From NCBI GenBank assembly GCA_963706595.1, contig OY970166.1, positions 1,824,001-1,888,000 of the forward strand: a stretch of 64,000 bases of DNA. The letters run 5' to 3'. This DNA comes from an uncultured cyanobacterium (GTDB lineage: Bacteria > Cyanobacteriota > Cyanobacteriia > Cyanobacteriales > Nostocaceae). The position numbers were made by a program, and so were the translations under genes. The notes beneath the pieces were generated by a model. The model searched no databases and was not told the origin of the DNA. It was given only the letters and a program-made list of their open reading frames with translations. Positions 7,490-17,476 of the stretch are shown here, piece after piece; within the stretch, counting starts at the first letter, position 1, and each line of letters opens with the position of its first letter.

Positions 7490-10411
7490 GTGACAGAACC
7501 TGGAAGCTACAAAGATACGGTAAACTTACCCAAGACTAAATTCGATATGCGGGCTAACGCTATCAAGCGGGAACCTGAAATCCAAAAATTCTGGGCGGAA
7601 AATAACATTTACGATCGCCTATCCCAAGAAAACCCCGGCGAATTATTTATACTCCATGATGGGCCTCCCTACGCCAACGGCTCGTTGCATATTGGTCATG
7701 CCTTAAATAAAATTCTCAAAGATATTATTAACCGCTACCAATTACTACAAGGGCGTAAAGTTAGATACGTGGCAGGGTGGGATTGTCACGGATTACCCAT
7801 TGAGTTGAAAGTTCTGCAAAAGATGAAGTCGGCAGAACGGCAAAGTTTAACGCCTTTAAAACTGCGGGAAAAAGCTAAAGAGTTTGCCCTAGCTACCGTA
7901 GATGACCAACGGGAATGTTTTAAACGTTACGGCATTTGGGGTGACTGGGAGCATCCTTATCTGACTCTGAAGCCGGAATATGAAGCGGCGCAAATCGGTG
8001 TGTTCGGTCAGATGGTGTTAAAAGGATACATCTATCGCGGTTTGAAGCCGGTTCACTGGAGTCCTAGTTCTAAGACGGCTTTAGCTGAGGCGGAGTTGGA
8101 ATATCCAGAGGGTCACACTTCGAGAAGTATCTATGCGGCTTTTCCCATTACCGGGCTGTCTGAGGCTGCTAAACCTGTGTTGGGTGAATTTTTGCCCCAT
8201 TTGGGTGTCGCTATCTGGACAACCACTCCTTGGACGATTCCGGGGAATTTGGCTGTGGCGGTGAATGGTGATTTGAATTATTCTGTGGTGGAAGCGGAAC
8301 CCCACCCCCCAACCCCCTCCCCGCAAGCAGGGAGGGGGAGTGAAGAAGGGACTGACGGGGTAAGGTTCCGTTACCTTATCGTCGCCGCAGATTTAGTAGA
8401 ACGTTTGTCAGCTACCCTTTCCACTCAGCTAACTGTAAAAGCTACGTTTAAGGGGCAGGTTTTAGAACATTCTACTTATCGTCATCCTTTGTTTGATAGG
8501 GAGAGTCCGGTTGTAGTGGGTGGTGATTATATCACTACTGAGTCGGGTACTGGGTTGGTACATACTGCACCGGGTCACGGTCAAGAAGATTACATTGTTG
8601 GTCAGCGTTATGGTTTGCCGATTCTTGCGCCTGTGGATGACAATGGTGATTTTACTCAGGAGGCGGGTGAGTTTGCTGGGTTGAATGTTTTGGGTGATGG
8701 AAATCAGGCGGTAATTGATGCGCTGACTGCGGCTGGTTCTTTGTTGAAGGAGGAAGCTTATCCTCACAAGTATCCTTATGATTGGCGGACTAAAAAGCCG
8801 ACGATTTTCCGGGCGACTGAACAATGGTTTGCTTCTGTGGCTGGATTTCGGGATGAGGCTTTAAAGGCGATCGCTACTGTAAAATGGATTCCAGCCCAAG
8901 GTGAAAATCGCATCAGACCAATGGTGGCTGAACGTTCTGATTGGTGTATCTCGCGTCAGCGTTCTTGGGGTGTACCCATTCCGGTTTTCTACGATGAAGC
9001 CACCGGGGAACCATTGCTGAATGAGGAAAGTATCAACCACGTCCAAGGAATTATTGCTGAGAAAGGTTCTGATGCTTGGTGGGAAATGTCGGTTGAGGAG
9101 TTATTACCAGAATCTTACCGCAATAATGGCAAGTCTTACCGCAAAGGTACAGATACAATGGATGTCTGGTTTGATTCTGGTTCATCTTGGGCGGCTGTAG
9201 CTAAACAGCGTCCAGAGTTGCGCTACCCGGCTGATATGTATTTGGAAGGTTCCGACCAACATCGGGGTTGGTTCCAATCCAGCTTGCTCACCAGTGTAGC
9301 GGTAAATGGTATTGCACCTTACAAAACTGTCTTAACTCACGGCTTTGTTTTAGATGAACATGGGCGAAAAATGAGTAAATCTGAGGGGAATGTGGTTGAC
9401 CCCCAAGTGGTAATTAATGGTGGGAAAGACCAGAAAAAAGAACCCCCTTATGGTGCTGATATCCTGCGGTTGTGGGCTTCTTCGGTAGATTATTCTTCTG
9501 ATGTGCGTCTGGGTGGTAACATCATTAAGCAAATGAATGATGTTAGAGGCAAGATTCGCAATACAGCGCGGTTCTTGTTGGGTAGCTTGCATGATTTTGA
9601 CCCGGTAAAGGATGCAGTACCTTTGTCAGATTTGCCAGAACTTGACCGCTATATGTTACACCGCATGACTGAGGTGTTTCAGGAAGTTACCGCAGCTTTT
9701 GACAGTTTCCAATTCTTCCGCTTTTTCCAAACTGTGCTGAATTTCTGCGTGGTGGATTTATCCAACTTCTATTTAGATGTTGCCAAGGATAGATTGTACA
9801 TCAGTTCCCCGGATGCTTTCCGTCGCCGCAGTTGTCAAACAGTTTTGCAAATTGCTTTGGAGAATTTAGCACGCGCGATCGCACCTGTTTTGTGTCACAC
9901 TGCTGAAGATATCTGGCAATTTATCCCTTACCAAACACCATGCAAATCAGTGTTTGAAGCTGGTTGGTTGCAAGTAGATGAAAAATGGCGGAATCCTGAA
10001 TTGGCAGAATTTTGGCAACAAATCCGCAAAATTCGCGATGATGTGAATAAGGTCTTAGAACAAGCCAGGGGAGAAAAAATGATTGGTTCTTCCCTAGAAG
10101 CAAAAATTCTGCTATATGTCAAGGATGAGCAATTGCGTTCTGCGGTAAAAGCCCGAAATCCGGAAATTAGTAATGGTATCGATGAACTGCGGTATCTGTT
10201 TATCACCTCCCAAGTGGAAGTATTAGACTCTGCGGAAGCTTTGCAAGGTTTGAAATATGATTTGCAGTCTGATAGCTGGGGAATTGCGGTAGTAGATGCA
10301 GAGGGGAAAAAGTGCGATCGCTGTTGGAATTACTCCACCCATGTGGGAGAATCAGCAGAGCATCCCTTGCTGTGTGAAAGATGCGTTCCAGCCTTAGCGG
10401 GAGAGTTTTAA
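7490..10411 (+). CDS. ileS: Isoleucine--tRNA ligase
   Basis: HDGPPYANGSLHIGH, GWDCHGLPIE, WTTTPWT, EGSDQHRGWF, KMSKS, C-terminal CDRCW..CERC Zn motif. Confidence 0.98.
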   Translation: MTEPGSYKDTVNLPKTKFDMRANAIKREPEIQKFWAENNIYDRLSQENPGELFILHDGPPYANGSLHIGHALNKILKDIINRYQLLQGRKVRYVAGWDCHGLPIELKVLQKMKSAERQSLTPLKLREKAKEFALATVDDQRECFKRYGIWGDWEHPYLTLKPEYEAAQIGVFGQMVLKGYIYRGLKPVHWSPSSKTALAEAELEYPEGHTSRSIYAAFPITGLSEAAKPVLGEFLPHLGVAIWTTTPWTIPGNLAVAVNGDLNYSVVEAEPHPPTPSPQAGRGSEEGTDGVRFRYLIVAADLVERLSATLSTQLTVKATFKGQVLEHSTYRHPLFDRESPVVVGGDYITTESGTGLVHTAPGHGQEDYIVGQRYGLPILAPVDDNGDFTQEAGEFAGLNVLGDGNQAVIDALTAAGSLLKEEAYPHKYPYDWRTKKPTIFRATEQWFASVAGFRDEALKAIATVKWIPAQGENRIRPMVAERSDWCISRQRSWGVPIPVFYDEATGEPLLNEESINHVQGIIAEKGSDAWWEMSVEELLPESYRNNGKSYRKGTDTMDVWFDSGSSWAAVAKQRPELRYPADMYLEGSDQHRGWFQSSLLTSVAVNGIAPYKTVLTHGFVLDEHGRKMSKSEGNVVDPQVVINGGKDQKKEPPYGADILRLWASSVDYSSDVRLGGNIIKQMNDVRGKIRNTARFLLGSLHDFDPVKDAVPLSDLPELDRYMLHRMTEVFQEVTAAFDSFQFFRFFQTVLNFCVVDLSNFYLDVAKDRLYISSPDAFRRRSCQTVLQIALENLARAIAPVLCHTAEDIWQFIPYQTPCKSVFEAGWLQVDEKWRNPELAEFWQQIRKIRDDVNKVLEQARGEKMIGSSLEAKILLYVKDEQLRSAVKARNPEISNGIDELRYLFITSQVEVLDSAEALQGLKYDLQSDSWGIAVVDAEGKKCDRCWNYSTHVGESAEHPLLCERCVPALAGEF
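8295..8370. repeat. Dispersed palindromic repeat inserted in-frame in ileS
   Basis: TIRs cggaaccccacccc / ggggtaaggttccg; same family as the intergenic copies near 10420, 27319 and 37670. Confidence 0.8.
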
Positions 10412-10419
10412 TAAAATAC

Positions 10420-10462
10420 AGAACCTCACCCCCAGCCCCTCTCCTTAGTAAGGAGAGGGGAG
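10420..10462. repeat. AACCTCACCCC...GGAGAGGGGAG dispersed repeat (relatives near 10590-10633, 27319-27357, 27778-27868, 37670-37743, 52081-52120)
   Basis: Near-identical hairpin cccctctccttagtaaggagagggg at several intergenic sites. Confidence 0.8.
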
Positions 10463-10509
10463 AATATCAAGTCTGGTTGAATACTTCCCAATACTTTTTG
10501 GTTAAGGAG

Positions 10510-10539
10510 TGTAGAGACGTTCCATGGAACGTCTCTACA
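10510..10539. repeat. Palindromic repeat TGTAGAGACGTTCCATGGAACGTCTCTACA (relative at 24227-24256)
   Basis: Perfect 30-bp palindrome; degenerate copy elsewhere in the window. Confidence 0.75.
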
Positions 10540-10673
10540 AGAGTTTTCTGCTCACGAATTTGCTGAACCGAACAGTATTAGAATACTTCCTACTCCCCTC
10601 CTCGCTTGCGGGGAGGGGCTGGGGGTGGGGTCTTATGATTGTGGTAATCGTAACTAATTAACCGGACTTGATA

Positions 10674-11558
10674 TTACAACTTCTGCAACAACTCCTGAGT
10701 TAACTGAAAAAATGCTTTAGAACCAGATGATTGCGGTGCAGTTAACACAACCGGCATAAAACTATCAACAGCCTTAGCCACATTCATATCAACTGGTATT
10801 TGTGCCTTACAGATTTTATCAACACCGAAATCTTCCACAACCCGGTGCATAACTTGTCTGTAATATCTGCCATTTAGCAGATTAGAACTAGCCATACTAA
10901 AGACAATTCCCAACATTTTGATATTTATCTTCGCTTCATGTTCGTGACTGTCTTTTAATTGAGCGATACGTCTTTCTAATAGCTGAATACCTACAACTGA
11001 CAAAGGTTCTGGTTTAGCAGGAAGAATGTAGAAATCACTTGCAGCTAAAGCACTACGAGTCAATAAATTATAGCCAGGCGCACAATCTAAAATGATGAAA
11101 TCATATTCCTCGCGCACTGGTTTGATAATATTATTAATCAAGACTCTTTCAAAGCGATTCCAAACAGTTTCAAAATCCGGTTCACCCAAAGCAGTTGCTT
11201 GTTGATGCAGCATTTCTGAGACTATAAATTCATCGTATAAATCAATGTCTCCGGGTAATAAATCTAGCCCAGCAAGATTACAAACTTGAGATTTGATAAT
11301 ATCATGAATTGTCAGTTTTGCTTCTGGTTCAGGGTTGATAACTTGGTCTATCAAATATCGAAACGTCTTGCGTTGTTTGCGAAGCTTGGCAAAGTCTAAC
11401 GGCGACATTAAACTAAGCGTAGCGCTGATTTGGCTATCTAAATCGAGGACAAGCACGCGCTTACCATGATTTTTAGCTAAACAAGTCGCGATATTGACGG
11501 TAAGGGTGGTTTTACCAACGCCGCCTTTCATATTTGCAGTCGCAATTACGTATCCCAT
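10674..11558 (-). CDS. parA: ParA family ATPase
   Basis: NMKGGVGKTT, VLDLDSQ, ILDCAPG. Confidence 0.88.
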   Translation of the reverse strand: MGYVIATANMKGGVGKTTLTVNIATCLAKNHGKRVLVLDLDSQISATLSLMSPLDFAKLRKQRKTFRYLIDQVINPEPEAKLTIHDIIKSQVCNLAGLDLLPGDIDLYDEFIVSEMLHQQATALGEPDFETVWNRFERVLINNIIKPVREEYDFIILDCAPGYNLLTRSALAASDFYILPAKPEPLSVVGIQLLERRIAQLKDSHEHEAKINIKMLGIVFSMASSNLLNGRYYRQVMHRVVEDFGVDKICKAQIPVDMNVAKAVDSFMPVVLTAPQSSGSKAFFQLTQELLQKL

Positions 11559-11716
11559 TAGTTAAGTCCTTTGTTGACGCGTTCCCATATCTAGGTAGCG
11601 TACACCTGTGCTGAATAATTAAAACTGCTATTAAATTTAATATTTTCCGTAATCTGAAAAATTAACGTTGTATCCATTGAGGCTGTTAGATTATAGCAGT
11701 AAGGTTTTCTTTAGGC

Positions 11717-11826
11717 GTAGCTTGGGTTGAGCAACGCGTCACCCAACGCTGGAGAGGATGTTGGGTTTGGTTACGTCAACCCAACCTACATTTTTTTGCC
11801 TCAAATTAGGTGTGTCACGCCAGTAG
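11717..11826. repeat. REP-like doublet (ttgggttga...tcaacccaacctac) plus one end of the CTAC-targeting MITE family
   Basis: Inverted arms; tgtcacgccagtag at ~11813-11826 is the reverse complement of the left end of the nested insert at 32760. Confidence 0.6.
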
Positions 11827-11837
11827 TAAGGTTTTAT

Positions 11838-14486
11838 TTAAACAGAAGGTATGCGAATATTTTTAGCGAATAAGCTTTGTAAGCGGTGTGTTTGAGCGCC
11901 CATTTGGTAAAGTAAATCACCTTTGCCTAACAGATAGGCGGCTGATGTTTCTGTACCTCCCAGGACAATTTTTGAGTCGGCTTCGCTAGCAGTTCGCAGG
12001 GCGACTCTTCCGGGTAAGTTGGAACGGATAATGGGGGTAACAATTCCGGCTTCTGGGCGTTGTGTGGCAATAATCAGATGAATGCCGGCGGCTCTGGCCA
12101 TTGCTCCCAAACGTTTTATACTTAATTCTAATACTTTGCGGATTTCTTTTTCTGCCATAAAGTCGGCATATTCATCAAAAATGCAGACAATTCGCGGTAA
12201 AATCTGGGAAGAACGTTGATTGTAGCTAGTTAAATCAGCACATTTGGCGTTCTCAAATTTTTGGTAACGAGATTCCATCTCTGCAACTAATTGTTCCATA
12301 AGTTCGACCGCGCGATCGCTATCTTTAACCACTGGTGAATATAACCAAGGCATTTTTTCAAACTCTGGAAATGTGACTCGCTTGGGGTCAACTAGGGCAA
12401 TTTTGAGATGTTGGGGAGAATGACGATATAGTAAACTGAGAAGGAGCGATCGCAAAAACTCACTTTTACCGCTTCCAGTTGTACCACCAACCAAAAAGTG
12501 ACAAGTATTCGGATCAGATAAATCAGCTTCTAGCAAATACCCCTCTATACTCACCCCCATTGCAATTTTTACAGGTACTGTGGGCGGTAAGAATTGCGGC
12601 TGAATATAGGCTTCAAAACTAGCAACTTGCCTATCTGGGCGTGGCAAATCAATACTAACATAACCAGCTTGGGGAGCAATCAAAGGCGGCTTTTCTAACC
12701 CCAACTGCACCTGTAAATCGGCTGATAATTTAATTATCGCATTAACTTTTACACCTTTTACACCCAGATGGGGTTTAAGCTTAACTCTGATAAAAGCTGG
12801 TCCCACAGCAGCCCCCAGGTAGTCAACACCAACATTAAAAGATTGCAGAGTCGTCACCAATTCTGCACCGATAACATCAGCATTTACAGATTCTGCTTCA
12901 TTCCTGATTATGGGAGTATCTTCTTCTATATTTTCCCCAGTCATATCTTGAGTAGAATTTGCATCTATACTCTTATCTTCAGAGAGTGAATTATCCACCT
13001 CATCTGCAACAGACGCAGTAAAAAAAGTTTGACACTTTTGCTGCTGGGGGCAAATTTCGCACAGATAAGATTGAGTTGTGGGTGGTGGCGCATTGGGTTG
13101 TGGTGGTTCCCAACTTAGCCATTGCTGCATCTGGAATAATTTGTGGGGAATCAATTGATTAACTGTATTTTCTAGCTGTTCCCAAGAGTATTTATATTCC
13201 TTAAACTCTGGTAAAACACAATAAACCGCCGAATCAACAGGTACTTTCTTCTTTTGCCATAGCATATAACTATAAAGTGAAACCTGGGCTAATTGTGATG
13301 ATGGGTCTACAGGCTGATAGGTTTTAAACTCTACCATACACAGACGATTTTGAGCAAAGTTAAAAACTAAACAATCAAATTCACCTCTTACCAGTTGCTG
13401 TGTGCCATCAGGTAAAGTAAAGTCATGCTCAATACTGCGTTCTTGAGATATAAAGGTGTTACTAATAACGGTTTCAGCATTGCAATACTGGCGATTAATA
13501 ATCAGCAATTCGGCAAAGCGTTTTATTAGTCCTTGTAAACCTTGCCAAACTTGTAGTAATGTTTGCCCGTGACTAGGGTTTTTATGGATTACTGTTTGCA
13601 GGTAGGGAAAAAATTCTAATTGATAAAATATTTGTTGCATTTGCGAGGAAACTTCCTCTAGCTTTAGCTGTCCTGCGGCTGGCTTTAATACTGCTTTGAA
13701 TCGTGGTTCAACCAGCGCTAATTTTACGAAATTATCTGCTAATTTATGAAAGGGGTTGCCAATACCATTAGCACTATTTGGTGGAAAAAATATGGCTTTG
13801 TCACCAAATTTATGATTTAAATAAAAAAGCCGTCCGCATTCAAAAGCAATTCTAACTTTAGTAACATTTAAAGGTGAATTTACAGATTTTTCTGTTATTG
13901 GATGTGAAATGTTATTTACCATATTAAAAATATTAGCTACAGTATGAGGTTCTGATATTTCTAGTAACTTTCTGTGTACAGCAGCCAAATAAACTGTATC
14001 CATTGCGGCATATTTTACTTGCTTTTGGCTCAGAGGACGCTTTCCCCAATCGCTGCTTCCTTCATCTGCATCGACATTGACAAAATGACAAAGTTCTGCT
14101 GCTAAAGTTTTAAGTTTTAAATTGGAAACTTCCAGGCGTTCACGAGTAATTTTTCTAGCTATTTGGTATGTACAAGTAATATTTTGTGCGAGTTTTTTGC
14201 CTAAATACTTGAGGTCAAAACCAGCATTGTGAAAAACCTTCTCAATATTGGAATTAATCATGATTTGGTTAATGAAATATTCTGCCAAATCAGGTTTATC
14301 TAATACATCGAGAAGATAAGCCGATACGCCTGTAGAATCTGTATGATCAGCCAATACCTGAATCAGCGATAATCTGGGATAGTGAGTAGTAAAATCGGCA
14401 ATTTCTGTATCTAACCACAGAGTTTTGTGAGATGTTAATGTGGAGATGAACTCCCGGATTTCTGTTGCTGTTGTCAGGTAGTGCAT
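11838..14486 (-). CDS. Fusion protein: DEDDy 3'-5' exonuclease + Cas4/AddB-like PD-(D/E)XK nuclease + FtsK/SpoIIIE ATPase
   Basis: Exo motifs LDTE, HNAGFD, YAAMD; nuclease motifs GEFD, VEFKT, QVSLY, with FECG and CEICPQQQKC cysteines; FtsK motifs GGTTGSGKS, IFDEYAD, IATQRP; no TM anchor. Confidence 0.85.
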   Translation of the reverse strand: MHYLTTATEIREFISTLTSHKTLWLDTEIADFTTHYPRLSLIQVLADHTDSTGVSAYLLDVLDKPDLAEYFINQIMINSNIEKVFHNAGFDLKYLGKKLAQNITCTYQIARKITRERLEVSNLKLKTLAAELCHFVNVDADEGSSDWGKRPLSQKQVKYAAMDTVYLAAVHRKLLEISEPHTVANIFNMVNNISHPITEKSVNSPLNVTKVRIAFECGRLFYLNHKFGDKAIFFPPNSANGIGNPFHKLADNFVKLALVEPRFKAVLKPAAGQLKLEEVSSQMQQIFYQLEFFPYLQTVIHKNPSHGQTLLQVWQGLQGLIKRFAELLIINRQYCNAETVISNTFISQERSIEHDFTLPDGTQQLVRGEFDCLVFNFAQNRLCMVEFKTYQPVDPSSQLAQVSLYSYMLWQKKKVPVDSAVYCVLPEFKEYKYSWEQLENTVNQLIPHKLFQMQQWLSWEPPQPNAPPPTTQSYLCEICPQQQKCQTFFTASVADEVDNSLSEDKSIDANSTQDMTGENIEEDTPIIRNEAESVNADVIGAELVTTLQSFNVGVDYLGAAVGPAFIRVKLKPHLGVKGVKVNAIIKLSADLQVQLGLEKPPLIAPQAGYVSIDLPRPDRQVASFEAYIQPQFLPPTVPVKIAMGVSIEGYLLEADLSDPNTCHFLVGGTTGSGKSEFLRSLLLSLLYRHSPQHLKIALVDPKRVTFPEFEKMPWLYSPVVKDSDRAVELMEQLVAEMESRYQKFENAKCADLTSYNQRSSQILPRIVCIFDEYADFMAEKEIRKVLELSIKRLGAMARAAGIHLIIATQRPEAGIVTPIIRSNLPGRVALRTASEADSKIVLGGTETSAAYLLGKGDLLYQMGAQTHRLQSLFAKNIRIPSV

Positions 14487-14516
14487 TGACTGAAATTTTA
14501 TAAGAAATAATTAACT

Positions 14517-16511
14517 TTAAGCAATCAAACAAATTAATTGGTCTTCTACCTTAGCTTTGTGGTTGATAATTTTTACTTTCCTTTCCTGACATAATAGGTC
14601 AATTAAGTGTTGAGTATCAGTTTCTTTTACATCAGGAAACTCTCTGGCTGCTTGTGAAATTAAAGTAGGAACACCCATGTAACCTTGGGTTTTGACTAGA
14701 TTCAATAAAAACTCTTTGACTGGTCTTAAATCTGGTTTTTCATTTTTAATAAATTTACTAGGTTTAGATTTAGGAACAATTTCTAAATCCTGCAATAAAA
14801 CACAATTTTGCAAAAGTTCAGACTGACGTATTAAAGTTTGCAATGTCTGCAAATTAATAGTTTTGTATCCAATAACTAATTCCTGCGAGAGTGCAGAATT
14901 AATCAAGTAATTGTAAGTAGCTAAGTAATGAACTGACTGAAGATTTGGTTTAATATGAATATGTTGAGTCTGGGAAAAAATCTGGCTGTAAATTTTATAT
15001 CCTGCAAGTTTTACTGTTCCTACATTACTAATTCTTATTAAGTAGAGTTTTTGGCAGAGATTTTGCTCAATTGCTCTTTGACAAGCATTCATCACATGAA
15101 AAAAACTTGCCATATTGGCATTTTCTGTCCATATTATTCCTATTCTTTCTCTTTGTTTAGGCTGTTGATAACTCAAGGAATAGCCAGTATATTTGCCTGA
15201 TATCAGTTTAGGTTTTACTAACTGTACTTCTAATGCTTCTAAAGCCACTTGCAACATCCGAATTAAATCAGGCGATGATAGCAAGGAAATTTTAGGTAAT
15301 TTTTCCTGAACTTTTTTATATTCTTGCTGCCATAGTAATTGAAACTCTGCTTGAGGATCTACTTTTGGTCTGCGACCATTAATACTATTTTTATATTTTT
15401 GATACTCACCCTTACCTAGAAGTAATGCATTTCTAGGGTTGGTTTTACCCCCTGGAAAATTGGTTTCTAAAATTTGGCGATTTAAAGGAGTAATAGGAGA
15501 TTCTGGTTGAGGTTTAGCTGCTTGATGTATTGCCTGTAATCTATACTGCCAAAGTGCCTCAGCTTGATTTAAGTCAATATTTTTAAGACTAACTAATTTA
15601 TCCATTCTAGCTTTATCAGACTGTGTAATACATTTCCAACTATGCCTCCAAGGATCTGTGACTATAGTAATTATAATTAGAAAATTCTGGATATTTTCAT
15701 TGTGAAGAGTAGTGTTTACATTAAATATTGCTTGTGGATTAGACAACCAATTTGGTATACTTTCAACCTGATCAAAACATAAAACAATTGGCTGAGTTGC
15801 AGTAGAAATCTTGCCAAAGTTTGCTAATATGTTTTTAGCTGCATCTTCTGTATCAATGCACTTTTTTATTTTTAAAGCTTGCATAGATTCTTCACTTAAA
15901 TCATCTCCTCGTAACCACTCACAGGCTAGGGGATAAAGTTCTGGATCTGTGAGGTAATGTAGAACTCCAAAAAAAATATCAGCATTATAAATGCTGGAAC
16001 TTTGATAGTTCTGCTTGAGATGTTTAATAAATTTTTGACGATCATTCAGCAATAATTCCCAAAAATTATCATTAAACAGCTTCTTTGTCAGGCTATTTTT
16101 TGTGAAAGCGGATAAACTTTTAAGCCAGAGAATTAACTGAGATTCTTGCTGTCCATCTGGTACTTGAATTAAACTATCTACTGTATAACGCAAGATATGT
16201 CGCCAGATGTAATCATTATCAACCCAAGGTCCTATATAAGCAAAAAAAGCTTTAGAATTGAGAGTGCGTTTTAGTCTACCTAAAAGATAGCTTTTGCCAG
16301 AACCTGAATCACCAACAAGTAAGATAGTTCTACTAAAATTATCTGTAGTTACTAAGTTGAGAACTTCTTCAATTTCAGTTATGGCTTCTTGATGAATTGA
16401 ATCAACTATAGCTTCTTTATCTTCGTCTTTGACCCAAAAATTCCCTGTCCTTGAATTTACACGGTCAAAGGGGTTAATTTCGCGCTTAATAATGTCGTCG
16501 ATAGATGCCAT
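14517..16511 (-). CDS. P-loop (AAA-like) ATPase, RcaG-like, with probable C-terminal winged helix
   Basis: Walker A GDSGSGKS, Walker B LCFDQVE; lies between the RcaD-like gene and the FtsK fusion. Confidence 0.75.
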   Translation of the reverse strand: MASIDDIIKREINPFDRVNSRTGNFWVKDEDKEAIVDSIHQEAITEIEEVLNLVTTDNFSRTILLVGDSGSGKSYLLGRLKRTLNSKAFFAYIGPWVDNDYIWRHILRYTVDSLIQVPDGQQESQLILWLKSLSAFTKNSLTKKLFNDNFWELLLNDRQKFIKHLKQNYQSSSIYNADIFFGVLHYLTDPELYPLACEWLRGDDLSEESMQALKIKKCIDTEDAAKNILANFGKISTATQPIVLCFDQVESIPNWLSNPQAIFNVNTTLHNENIQNFLIIITIVTDPWRHSWKCITQSDKARMDKLVSLKNIDLNQAEALWQYRLQAIHQAAKPQPESPITPLNRQILETNFPGGKTNPRNALLLGKGEYQKYKNSINGRRPKVDPQAEFQLLWQQEYKKVQEKLPKISLLSSPDLIRMLQVALEALEVQLVKPKLISGKYTGYSLSYQQPKQRERIGIIWTENANMASFFHVMNACQRAIEQNLCQKLYLIRISNVGTVKLAGYKIYSQIFSQTQHIHIKPNLQSVHYLATYNYLINSALSQELVIGYKTINLQTLQTLIRQSELLQNCVLLQDLEIVPKSKPSKFIKNEKPDLRPVKEFLLNLVKTQGYMGVPTLISQAAREFPDVKETDTQHLIDLLCQERKVKIINHKAKVEDQLICLIA

Positions 16512-16565
16512 AGTTAATTACCGTGAGAGAGCAAAATGATTTATGCAACACTAATTTATCTATTG

Positions 16566-17358
16566 TTAGTCCACTCTTATAAAGAACAAGGAACCACCAA
16601 CATTTTGAGGAATTCCAGCATTAATTTGTTCTGTAGTATAAGGTGTAGGATTCTAGCAATGAACTCAATTCAATTTTGTCAGTTCTTTGCAAGCGATACA
16701 GCGCCTGATCTAATTCATCTCGTGACAGGGGCGGTTGTAACTTCTGACGTAAATGAAAAATGGGTAAATAATTCTCTGTACCTATTTCTTTATCTAATTT
16801 CTGAATAGTTTGTAAGATATCTTCATCAGTGAGATGCTGAATTGGCTTGACTCGTAAATTCTGACGCAAAAACCGCAGGTAATTATTGAGTAAGTCCAGA
16901 TTGATGTTTGCTTTTCCTTCGGGGGTGTATTCATCCCGCAAATACTCAATTCCTCTTTGGGTTAGCCAAACCTCAGCTTGTGTCCTTTTCATTTTGATTT
17001 CAACTGAAATCAAGCCCCTATCACCCAGCGCTTTCAATATCGTGGTTCGTTCTGCTGCTTTGAGTGAGGTGATTTTGCTGGGGGCGATACCTGCACTTTT
17101 ACTTATCTTCTCCAGCACCTTGATTTCTTTATCTGTGATGGGTACTTGAGCCGAATCAAGTTTCAGCAGTGCCTGACCTGGAGCTAAAATTTTAACTGTG
17201 GCTATCTCACGAGAATAGTCTACCAGCTCGCGATCGCCTAAATTTTGACAAATTTTATCCTTACCCTTAAAACTTTTAAAGGGACTTCTACTCAGACTTG
17301 ACCGATAATTAGCACACCCCAACAAATTTAAAAGGAACTTTAACTCATTCGTATCCAT
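16566..17358 (-). CDS. rcaD: RcaD-like winged-helix DNA-binding protein; +1 frameshift near 16650
   Basis: MDTNELKFLLNLLGC...YLPIFHLRQKLQPPLSRDELDQALYRLQ. Removing one base gives a family-like end ...PTPYTTEQINAGIPQNVGGSLFFIRVD*. Name is from recall. Confidence 0.6.
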
Positions 17359-17476
17359 GCGTGTCAGCCTGCTTGTACATAACTCAACAATACTGTAGCT
17401 TGAATGGCACTAATTTACACATATTTTCCATAATAGCGATAATTGGTGCTATTAGCTACAGCCAGTTATGCAGACA

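Noticed and set aside
13000..13870. Cas4-like domain as evidence of a CRISPR-Cas locus
   Set aside because: No cas1/cas2 or array in the window; the domain is embedded in an FtsK fusion.
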